Shown here: in pieces, positions 51,255-62,956 of the stretch
Layout: every line of letters starts with the position of its first letter
Position numbering within the stretch: the first letter of the stretch is position 1
NCBI GenBank assembly: GCA_951406725.2
Contig: OX597816.1
Span: 60,760,001-60,824,000, forward strand
From: Octopus vulgaris
Lineage: Eukaryota
Direction: 5' to 3'
Length of the DNA stretch: 64,000 nucleotides
The notes under the pieces: generated by a model
Database searches by the model: none
Seen by the model: only the letters and a program-made list of their open reading frames with translations
What the model was told of the DNA's origin: nothing
Program-made: the position numbers and the translations under genes

Positions 51255-51980
51255 CAGATATATACACTTTGTATATATACATTATATATACATATTTATA
51301 TATAGAACACACACACACATATATAAATTAACCCAATAAATATCTGATTCATAATATATATTTGTTCTCATGATTGTGTGGTGGTGGTGGCGATGATAAT
51401 TCTCTCTATGAATGCAGACAGACAGAGAGAGAGAGAGTGTGACAGCGCTGGTGAAGGCGGCGGGGGAAAGATAGTAAACTTTTCATCGCTTTCTCTTACT
51501 CTCTATCTATCTCTCTCCCATTTATAAACAACAAAAGATCGTGAGTAAGTTGAGAAAGAAAATATTTTTATGCTTTTTAAACCCTTCGTTGTTATTCTCA
51601 TTCACTCATTATTACTTTCTCCCTTCCTTTCACTTTCTCTCTATAACGTTATAGAGAGAAAGTGAAAGGAAGGGATGTAGGACGCTGTTAAACGACGTTA
51701 TAGAGAGAAAGTGATGGGAAGGGAGGAAAGAGAGTGAGTGATGGAGGAAGACAGATACATAAAAGAATGAGAGTAGACTTGTCAAAGTGCGTTTTTGGCC
51801 CTAGCAACGACACCTTTTAAGATGGAGATTTCTAACCTAGCCCACTCGCATCCTCACCTCATTTTACATGTCCCTGTAAATTTTGGAGTCAATCCGACGG
51901 GATCTAGTGGCCTTTAACCTGTTCTCAATGCCAAAACCAGACAAACAAACTTTTCGCATTTCAGAATTATAATATAGAGA
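50228..51980 (-). mobile_element. Longer Helitron family 2 copy, 3' terminus truncated, inverted relative to 48979-49584
   Basis: 51750-51980 is the reverse complement of 48979-49205; 50228-50260 matches the subterminal gcaacagaaaataacaaccacactcttacccg. Confidence 0.75.
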
Positions 51981-53679
51981 TATACACAGCTGCATTATCT
52001 CTGAGTAATGGCAATGTCATAAATCAAAATCGGCTATTGCAGTCTGGGTATGTTACTATTCTGCAAGTGGCAGGCTTTTATCAACTGCACTGAGTCTGGT
52101 TGGGTTTTAGTGTCTTCAAAATTGATAATATTCTTAAGGGTGTGAACATAATTATTTTCCAAGGAATTGGATTCCCTTTTCTTGGATTATTGGAATTAAA
52201 CACTGAAGATGCCATTTGTCAGCTTTCCTTTGAGGATATTCAGGCTCCAAGATTTTACTGAATAGAACTTCAAACATGACCATGTGGCCATCTTTTCTAG
52301 CACACTCAATATCCACTAAACCCCTTCAGATGTTGGTGTTATAACTGTTATGACATCCATGACTAGATTTCCTGTGATCCATCAGTTTTGGGACTTTTCA
52401 ACTGCTTCCCTCCATCTCCAGCAGTAGGTTCATGGCCACCCCAAAGAGCATCATGCACCTTGCTTTAATGTCTTTTCCCAGTTTCAGCTGTTTAGTAGTG
52501 ACATTTTCCAGTTAACTTCATCCTCATTGAATCCATGTGGGACACTATTGAGCCCAACTACTTTTGTTGATACTTGGTGGTACTCCAGTGCACTTTGGAG
52601 TAGCTGATAGGGCACATTTGTGTATGTTTTAGCAGACAAGGAGTTGTTCATCTAGACTAACTCTCTTCTGAATTAGTTGAGCTATGACTCTCTCTCTAAC
52701 TTTTATTACCTGGTCCAACAATTTGATACCTCTGTAATTATTTCTGTCTAAGGTGTCACCTTTACCTTTGTTACACTTGACTATAGTGCTACTACACCAG
52801 TCATTGGGTAAGACTCCTTCATAGATGTGATTAACTATACGGGTGATTAGACCACATCCAAATCTACCAGATATTTTGAGTATATCAGTGGTGATTCCTG
52901 ATGGATTAGGGACTTTCTCTTCATCATAACCTTATTAACTTTACCTACCAAGCTACAGTCTATTCAGATAGCTGGTCCCTCTGTTTGGTCCATATTAAGC
53001 AGATTCGCCTTCTCCCATGTGTTTTTTACATTTGGCAGCCTTTCATAGTGGCACTTCAAAGCCTCTTTCTTTGTAGAGTCATTGAACCATCATCCATGCA
53101 AACACACTTCTCTCCTACAACATCACAATTTTTCCTGACATACTGTCTTGCAAACTAAAACACCTCAATCTGTGTGTCCTCACACCTCAGAACATTGGCA
53201 AACTTCTTCCTCTCAACTTCTCTCCGGGCTAAGTATACCTACCTCCTATCTTTCCTTCTAGCTATCTGATATAGCTCTTTGTCACAGCCATCTTTCCAGT
53301 CCTTCCTAGCCTGTTTCTTTGCTCTAATAACCCTATCAACTACACTGTTCCACCACCATGTCACCCTAGGTCTGGTTGGGGCTTTGCTCCAGCCACAAAT
53401 TTGGTCTGTGACTCTCAGTAAGTTGTCTTGAAGGTACTTCCAGTTAACCCTTATGTTACATGGCTGTAACTCCACCACCTTCTCATTAAACACTTTAGTT
53501 AGGATGTCTCTAAATCTTTGATTATCCAATCTGACTAGCTTGCCCACCAAATTGATAGGTTATCAGGTGACAGGCAGCCTCCTGAAGTTATTCATACATA
53601 TATGTTTAGAAAAATCAAAGAAATATACAAGAAAAGAATTTAAGTTTTTCCTAATGAAACAGAAGAAAATGTTTCTTAC

Positions 53680-53746
53680 TTTATCGTAATTAACAATGTA
53701 GTATTCTGGATATTTCTCCACAAGATGGATCACAAGATGACTGCCA
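53680..53746 (-). CDS. TGDS: TGDS-like coding exon (67 nt)
   Basis: tctgtag| ... |GTAAGA. Reads GSHLVIHLVEKYPEYYIVNYDK. Confidence 0.93.
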
Positions 53747-55359
53747 CTACAGAAATAAAACAAAATATTAATAATAGTTTCAAATTTAGGTGTAAGATCA
53801 GCAATTATAGGTAGAGGAGTTTAGTTAATTACATCAACTGATCCTTTTTGAACTCAAAAATTAAAGAGGCAGAAGAAATGACACTAAGCGCTTGGTTGAC
53901 AGGTGATAGAGACAATACAAAGACAAACCTAAAGTGTGGAGATTTATGTTAAGTAGAATGATTCGAAAAAAAAAAAAATGTAAGTAAACATGGTATACAA
54001 ACATGTTGATGACAAAACAGCCCTTCTGATACAGGAGGATCTCTATTTGGGGCCACACCAGGAACTGCACAAATCCAAAATCAACCTGATTACTAAGGGT
54101 AGGTACCCTCTCCAACCGTCATTCTGACCTACAGGTGTAATTTTAGAGTGGTTCAATCCACTCTTGCCATTTCTTATTTCTTTATTGCCCACAAGGGGCT
54201 AAACAAGGACAGACAAAGGGATTAAGTCGATTACATTGACCCCCAGCACGTAACTGGTACTTAATTTATTGACCCCGAAAGGATGAAAGGCAAAATTGAC
54301 TTCGGCAGAATTTGAACTCAGAACATAACAACAGTGTGCTAACGTTTCTGCCTGCTCGTCGCCTTTTCTGCTTCTCTCACTCTGGCCATTTCTGTTACTC
54401 TCATCCGACCTTCAAAACTCACTCATGGATAGCTACTCTCTCTCTCTCTCTGTGCTCATTCCTTTTTAAGTGAAACTGGAAAAAGTTGATAAGAGCTTAA
54501 CCAAAGACAAAAGTGTTTGTTCTTAGCCCTCTTAAAACTTGTCCACCACACAACATTTTTGACAACAGCTACCACACAGAAGACTGCCTTCCCTGCCCAG
54601 TTAATGATGGGCAGTGGGTCAATCTTCAGAAAGGACTTGGCTGACAGCTGGATTTATCCTACACACAGCAGCAGCTGTTCAATGTAATTCCACAAGTCAG
54701 ACACTGAATAAATGTGTATAGAATGGTTTCATCACTCTCAGATAGGTGCATTTCAGATAGGTTCATCTGATGATACTTTTCTGCTTGCAGAGTTTATCTC
54801 AAGCTAGTAGCACTACCAGGTGAGAGACTTCTGGAAGTTATCCACAGGAATCTCTGATCAGAAAGTATTCTGAAACAAAGACAAGTTCGTTCATGACACT
54901 CAGTTTCCTTGAAAATATCATCACTCTTCCCTTCTACTAAACCTCTGTAAATAGCTAAAGTGGAACCACCACTGATCCTATTGTCTAGCTGATATAGGTT
55001 GGTAAGTGTCTGACAACACTCAATGTATAACCATCTTTATCTTCATACAAATTTAGGATGTGAGATTGATCAGTAGTTGATAGGATAAGAGAAGCTAATT
55101 CTTTTGAAAGCAAAATAGTTACATGTTGCCACATTTCAAGCGAGTACATACCAGTTGAATTCATAGAATAAAAAAGTTCAAAACTGAAGTATTCTCCAGC
55201 TATGACACTTTAATCTAGTTTACTCTCTTAGATTTTCCAGCCAATGCCATTTTATCGGTATGTGATCTATTGTTTTAAAAATATTGTACTGCTTCACAGT
55301 GACAATATTGTGATACCAAACTTTCTTAGTACTGTTGATTCAAGCTAATAATATATACA

Positions 55360-55755
55360 GACAGGAGTGGCTGTGTGGTAAGTAGCTTGCTTACCAACCA
55401 CATGGTTCCGGGTTCAGTCCCACTGCATGGCACCTTGGGCAAGTGTCTTCTGCTATAGCCTCGGGCCAACCAATGCCTTGTGAATGGATTTGGTAGACGG
55501 AAACTGAAAGAAGCCTGTCGTATATATGTATATATATATATATATATGTTTGTGTGTCTGTGTTTGTCCCCCTAGCATGGCTTGACAACCGATGCTGGTG
55601 CGTTTACATCCCCGTCACTTAGCAGTTTGGCAAAAGAGACCGATAGAATAAGTACTGGGCTTACAAAGAATAAGTCCGGGGATCGATTTTCTCGACTAAA
55701 GGCCGTGCTCCAGCATGGCCGCAGTCAAATGACTGAAACAAGTAAAAGAGTAAAG
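55360..55755 (+). mobile_element. tRNA-derived SINE family A, complete
   Basis: Full head (A/B boxes), CORE-like segment, (TA)n and conserved tail. Confidence 0.87.
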
Positions 55756-57479
55756 ACTAAAGAAAATTCCACTGAGATGCAATTGGCACAAACAATAACA
55801 GCCGAGTGAGTGGCATCATATTCAAGATACAGAGGAGGGGATTTAATTAATCAAGATATTTTTATGTCTTTTGCTTCCTGAGTTTGGTACAAAGGGTAGT
55901 ACCCAGAACCTTTGAGGGCCTTTTGAGACTGTTGAGCTTTTAACATTCTATTTAAACTGCTACAGATGAACACCTACAGATAAGACACAAGCAAAGAGAA
56001 GATTCTAGAAGATCAGTGCTCTGAGCAAGAAGAACAGGGAAATTGGTTAGGTGTTAGACTGAAGGGGTCCAGCGTAACAATAGTGATGAAAAGTGGAGAG
56101 ACAAGTGGGTTAGAGGTGCACAAGTGAAGGAGATATGAGATCAGCCAGCTCTGGGGGAAAAAAACCCATTTTAGTATTCTTTTTCATCATCTTCTTAGCC
56201 ATTTAACTTCCTGTGGAGCATAGGATGCCAACAAGAGGTCTCTATTTGTCTTGATCTTTATCCCTAGGTGTGGCAACCTACCAGTGCTTCAATTTCTGTG
56301 GATCTTCTCCATGTTGATTTTGGTCAGCCATGATTGTGTCCTCCCTTAGTGTGTACATTGGAGGGCTTGCTTTGTAATATTGGAAACAGGTTTCCATAGG
56401 GTGTGTCGCAGCCAACCCCATTTCTTTTTCTTTTAATATAGCATACTATATCACATATTCATTTAAGATTAATATTTATTTTGGGTCTCACAAAAGCAAT
56501 AAGTGACTGAGACCTTGGCGATATGCTGTGCTTGGGAAGATTCATCAAGCCAAGTGAAATCATAGTTGCGGCTGTTGCCAGTGTCATGTAAATCGTACCT
56601 TTGAAACTGTAGTCTTGGCTATTGCTGGTGTCATGTAAGTGGCACGTAAAAAGCACCTGTTACACACTTGGAGTGGTTGGGGTTAGGAAGGGCAGCCAGC
56701 TGTAGAAACCATGCTAAATCAGACTGGAACTTGGTGCAACTCTCTGGTTTACCAGTTCCAGTCAAACCATCCAACCCATGCCAGCATGGAAAGTAGCTGT
56801 TAAACGATGATGATGATGATGATTTAATATTAATATAATCATAAATATGAAATAAATTGAAGGTGTACAACTAAAAATATGCTGTTGTTCCAGCTATAAC
56901 CACCTCACCTTTATGCATATTCATGACTACATTATGTAATGTGTGGTTGTATTTTTTAAGATGGTTGTGTGTGATTTGAAGAAATTTTGCTGCTATTTTG
57001 AGCAGTATGAGCAACCACATAGAGTACACTCATTAGCTTGGAGACAAGTACATATATAACCATAATATACTGTGATTTAAATATGTCATTCATTTATAAG
57101 ACAATTTCAGATTTGTATAATGATAATATTCAGTACATCTTGTTTCTCTATCTTCATCATGCCATTAGGCTATAGGCAGATAATCAAATTGAAGTTGTGG
57201 GCTAAAACATTTTAATTAATTACAAAGACACTCTGGGTGTTGAGGAAAAGAATCATTACCTTAGTGGTTAATTCTAGCCAAGAAAAGTAGGGGAAACAAC
57301 TTAAGGATTTAAATTGATAAAAATTTATTCAAGACACAATGCACAATATGACATAGAGAATAGTTTTCTGTTATTGATAGAGTAAATAGTCACTGAATGT
57401 CAACTTATTCTAAATGAAGTTAGTCTGATCTCCGAATAGCAAATATAATACAAGAAGAGGAATTCAAAATAGAACATAC

Positions 57480-57537
57480 ACAAAGCCAGCTCCACCAGTG
57501 ACAAAAAGTCTACGTTGGAATGTATTGAGTGAGTTAA
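57480..57537 (-). CDS. TGDS: TGDS-like coding exon with the NAD-binding GxxGxxG motif (most 5' exon found; no ATG)
   Basis: ctctttcag| ... |GTATGT. Reads NSLNTFQRRLFVTGGAGF(V) and joins the 53746 exon in phase to give TGGAGFVGSH. Confidence 0.92.
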
Positions 57538-58429
57538 CTGAAAGAGGAAAAAAATCACAATTAAAACATATTTATGCATTTGGGTGTTACCTGTCACACG
57601 ACAAGTAATGTTTCATAGTTATTATGATAAAATTTTACTTTATTCAAACTCCAGTGTTTATACAAAAATAATGAAATGAATACCAATTTTTAAAATAGAC
57701 ATTTATCAGATTTCAATAAAATGAAATAAAAGACATTATGGCAGTGAAACATGGGCCATGACTGCTGAGGACATGCGTAAGCTCGCAAGGAATGAAGCCA
57801 GCATGCTCCGATGGATGTGTAATGTCAGTGTGCATACTCGACAGAGTGTAAGTACCTTGACAGAAAAGTTGGACCTAAGAAGCATCAGATGTGGTGTGCA
57901 AGAGAGATGACTGCGCTGGTATGGTCATGTGATGAGAATAGATGAGGATAGCAGTGTGAAAAAGTGCCACACCCTAGTGGTTGAGGGAACCTGCTGAAGA
58001 GATAGACCCAGGAAGACTTGGGATGAAGTGGTGAAGCACGACCTTTGAACATTAAGCCTCACTGAGGTAATGACTAGTGACCGAGACCTTTGGAAATATG
58101 CTGCGCTTGAGAAGACTTGGCAAGCCAAGTGAGACCATAACATTGAAGCCTATGCCAGGGGTGTGACCAGCCCACTTATGCATACCTTTCCTTCATTGGA
58201 CACTAAACTCTGCTTGCAAAGACCTGTTGAGGCAAGTGAAATCGAGATCAAATTCGATGACTGGCATCAGTGCTAGCAGAGCACTATCCGAGCATGATCG
58301 TTGCCAGAGCAGCTAACTGGCTTCGATGCCAGTGGCATGTAAACTGCACCATTTGAGCGTGATCGTTACCAGCATCGCCTTACTGGCACTTGTGCCAGTG
58401 GCACGTGAAAAAACATTCAAACGAAGTCG

Positions 58430-60120
58430 TTGCATCCCGTGAACAGCTAGACCTCTTCCTCTCTTTTGTCAAATCTTTTCATCCTGCCCTCTACTTCTCC
58501 TGCACTATCTCTGACACCTCTGTCTCCTTTCTTGACATTTTGGTCAGCATTCATCACTCTACTCTCACCACCTCCATCCACTAGAAACACAGACTCACAC
58601 TCATACCTCAATTTCTCTTCCTCCCACCCTAAACACACCAAGCTTTCCATCTCCTATTCCTGCGTCTACGCAGGCTCTGTAGTGACGACTATGACTTTGA
58701 GACTCAATTCATGGCTCGCTACTTCAGCCTACGTGGATATCCCCTCACCACTATCCACACTGCCCTTGCCAGAGCACATTCTATGGATCATGTGTCTGCT
58801 CTCTCCGCCTGAACCTGCCCCGCCATCTCCCCTCACCTACCACCCCACCTCCCTACCTCTCCAACGCACCATTCTCCAAGCCTTCCGGCAACTCCAGTCC
58901 AATCTCTCCACTTTGCACATCTTCCCTAACTGACTGCCTCCCCTCCTTCAAACGAGCCCACAACCTACGAGACCTTTTGGTCCACAGCTTCTTCCCCAAC
59001 CCAACCTCCCAATCCGGCTTGTTCCCCTGCTCCCACCCACACTGCCCTTACCTCTCCAACACCACCCTTCTCACCGGCACCCATCATCGACCCTATCACA
59101 TCACTGACTCCTTCACCTGCACTTCTACCAATGTCATCTACTGCATCTCCTGCTCTCTGTGCCCTTCTCTATACGTCGGGCAAATGGGACACGGCTTGGC
59201 TGACTAGTTCGCGGAACACCTCCGAGACATCCGACTCAGCAATGACACACAGGTCTCGTGCCATTTCCGCTCTACTGGTCATTCTTTGCAATACCTGCCT
59301 GTGTTCGGATTGTCCCTGCACAGGGTTCATCCAGACTCCTGTTTGTGCCGTGAACAGGGACTAATCTTCTCTCTTCACTCCTTTGTGCCACATGGGCTCA
59401 ACTCTCCTCTCTCCCCCACTTTTCCTCTCTTGCTCTGACTCCGACTTCTCTTCACCCCTACCATCTTATACCTCCCCCCTTCATCATTACCCCTCGCTCG
59501 TAACTCAACCCCACTCCTACACAATCCAACCCCACCTTCCCTATCCATCCCACCCCACCCCCCCACCCCATCCCTTACACCCATTCCCACATACTCCACC
59601 TCTACCCCTATCCACATACACCACCTCTACCCCACACCCTCAGCCTAACCCACACCTTACCCTTGATTTCTCCACTTTCACCTCCCTCACACCACACCAC
59701 TACACCACCATACAACACAACATCACATCACACCACCACACACACACACTAGCACTGACCACTTATTCACACCTACACATACACACTCATACGTCAAGGT
59801 CACCAGCCCTCTTCCACACGCACATACATACTCTCTTATACACATGCATGCACACCTTCGTTTTGGGATCACCACTACTTTATTATCTCCCCTTCTTCCT
59901 AGCTCTCCAGTGTGAACCCTCTGTCCTGAATTCACTATGATAAATCGCTAGCCACTACAAATTCTTTATTTTCTTTCCTTGTTTCTTTCTGTGTTCCTTT
60001 ATGTGGAAGAGCGTAAGCTCGAAACGTTAACGACTTTTTCACTTGCCGAGCGTTATACTAATACATCTGTTTGTTGTCTACACCCCCTGTCTTCGTCCTT
60101 TGTTTTTTTGTGAATTCCCC
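58430..60120 (+). mobile_element. 5'-truncated Penelope-like element (RT C-terminus, GIY-YIG, 3' repeat)
   Basis: FHPAL.F...S...VSFLDI, TDSHSYLNFSSSHPKH.K.SI, LTYHP, FTCTSTNVIYCISCSLC..LYVGQ, RF.EH-like remnant; hammerhead-like word near 60004-60035. Confidence 0.85.
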
Positions 60121-61834
60121 CTATATAAATACATACATCTACGTTTATATATATATATATATATATATGTACATCTGTGTATGTATGTATATATGAATAT
60201 ATATATACATCTATATATCAATATATATACATACATACATACATTTATGTATACATACATGCATATATATGCATACATACATATATATATTTATATATAT
60301 ATACGTATGTATACATATATATATATATATAAGTGGAGTTGTAGGGTACCGCACGAGTGAATTATATACGAAAGAAGGTTTGAAAATGCAATTTTAAAAG
60401 ATGTTTATTTACTTTACCGGTTTCACACTTTGGAAAAGATTGTCAAAAGTAACATGTAAAAGTTTGGTTGTGTTAATTATTGGTTGTTACAAAATGCTAC
60501 ATTACATATATACAGTCTTTGGTAACAAGAACATGTTAAGGACATAAGGACGGCCTACTGTGGTTACCTTGGATCATAGGGTCACCTGCTGTGCTTGAGG
60601 AGACCTATTGAGTCAAGTACATCAACATCAAAAATCAAATGGAAATTGTAGTTGTAATCCCTGTGCCAGTGGCACGTTAAAAGCACCATCTGAACGTGGC
60701 CGATGCCAGCGTCGCCTTTACTGGCTTCCGTGCCGGTGGCACATAAAAAGCACCCACTACACTCACAGAGTGGTTGGCGTTAGAAACGGCATCCAGCTGT
60801 AGAAACACTGCCAGATCAGACTGGAGCCTGGTGCAGCCCCATGGCTTCCTAGACCCCGGTCGAACCGTCCAACCCATGCTAGCATGGAAAACGGACGTTA
60901 AACAATGATGATGATGATATATATATATATATACATACATACATAACAACCTCTCTCTCTCTCTCTCACTTTCACTGTCAATCACTCACATGTTCACTCA
61001 CTAAAAGAAGTAAATACACACGCACATGTATGCGTACAAAAGCATGCATGCAATAGGTGTACGTACGTACGTATGTTTTGTGTTTGCATGTGCGCGCGCG
61101 TGTGTCACTGAAGCCATTCATACATACATAACCTCTCTCTCTCTTTTTTTCTCTGTCAACCACTCACACATTCACTCACTACAAAAAGTGAATAAGCAAT
61201 TTCAGTTATCTCTCTCTCTGTCTCTTCACACACACTAACAAAAGAACTTCACGCACACTCCACACTTTCTGTCTCGCACACCCCCATCAAACACACACAT
61301 GGCACGCCAACGTCAAAAGAACTTGCCTGATCCAATTGTGCTCTCCCAGTCTCTTTCACTTTCACGCCGACTTCAAAAGATCCCCTTGGTACTATTTAAG
61401 AATAGTGGTCCCAGTGCGCGCAGTCGCGTGTTCAGGCATCCGCGCTAGCTTGTCATGACTAGTCAATCCTGACTTTGTGATTTATTTACTTTGTTTTAAA
61501 AAAATTATTTACTTTGTATTTTTGTGTTTTATTTACTTTGTGTAAAAAAAATAATTTTTTGTTTTGTTTATTTGGCGATCCTTAGTTATTAGTAAACATT
61601 ACTGTCACTTATAAACCACGTGGGTTTATTTACATTTCTGAAGAAGATCGTCGGTTTCCGTAAAATTTGTTTATTTTTTACATATGGGGTCGGGGGAAAC
61701 AAATACAGGTGATTTTTTTTTTTTTTTTGATAACTACGGTACTCGTATCGAAATTTAGCCAGGAAACAAATGTAAACAAATGCACATTGTCCAGTTTGAC
61801 GTAACTGGTACTCATAACGAAAAAATGCCATTAT

Positions 61835-61891
<57 letters not shown>

Positions 61892-62052
61892 TAGATAGAT
61901 AGATAGATATAGATATACAGCTTCTATGTATGTATATGGAGAGTTAGCTATATATATGTGTGTGTACTAATTTTTTTAAACTAAACACTTTGAAATTTAA
62001 AGATCCTAATATATATATGTTCACGTGTATCACGTAAGTATATATCCGCATT

Positions 62053-62842
62053 GGATCTTTTCCTTTTGAACGGCACATGTCAACACAATTTCTAGTTAAC
62101 TAAACACTTTTAAACTTCGTATACTGATAGAATGTGTTTATAAAACATCATTTTTTCTTGGCTTTATTGAGAAAATTCTATATGTTGTAACATATTTCCA
62201 CTTTAATTTCAATAATTTTGGCAATTTTAACCAATCGCTGACCTCCATTGACGTAAACAACATTCCGTGCTGTATGAATATGTCCTTCGTTTAAGAAACA
62301 GATTGGGTTTATTTACATTTGCGAAGAAAAAAAGATACCCTTCCCCCACCACTAACCCTAAATCTAAAATAGATTGAAATGCAATAGATCGATACTAGGG
62401 TTATAATTATGGGTGACGATTTCATACGATACCGCTACGGAAAATGGGATTTTTTTCTAGCGGTGTCAAATGAAAATGTCACCCATAATTATAACCCTAG
62501 TATCGATCTATTGCATTTCAATCTATTTTAGATTTAGGGTTAGTGGTGGGGGAAGGGTATCTTTTTTTCTTCGCAAATGTAAATAAACCCAATCTGTTTC
62601 TTAAACGAAGGACATATTCATACAGCACGGAATGTTGTTTACGTCAATGGAGGTCAGCGATTGGTTAAAATTGCCGAAATGCTTGAAATTAAAGTGGAAA
62701 TATGTTACAACATATCGAATTTTCTCAATAAAGCCAAGAAAAAATGATGTTTTATAAACACATTCTACCAGTATACGAAGTTTAAAAGTGTTTAGTTAAC
62801 TAGAAATTGTGTTGACATGTGCCGTTCAAAAGGAAAAGATCC
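62053..62842. mobile_element. 790-bp foldback MITE with 8-bp TSD, possibly Merlin-type
   Basis: Termini GGATCTTTTCCTTTTGAACGGCAC / GTGCCGTTCAAAAGGAAAAGATCC; TCCGCATT duplicated at 62045-52 and 62843-50; arms pair almost to the centre (~62447). Confidence 0.9.
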
Positions 62843-62956
62843 TCCGCATTTCACATGTATACATTCATCGAAGTGGAATTTACCGGTTAACTACTTTAAG
62901 ATTCTGTTGTATCTGGGGAGAGTCATTTTCTTTTTGTGCCTTATAATTTAATACAC

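Noticed and set aside
49446-51331. YIYI, CVCV and HTHT ORFs (also at 44931, 48422, 60043)
   Set aside because: Translations of (TA)n/(TG)n microsatellites.
10905-57537. Horizontally acquired bacterial rmlB gene
   Set aside because: At least ten spliceosomal exons with canonical GT-AG sites fit a native animal TGDS-family gene.
59383-59940. 185-aa Pro/His/Thr-rich ORF
   Set aside because: C/A-rich low-complexity 3' region of the Penelope element; no domain signal.
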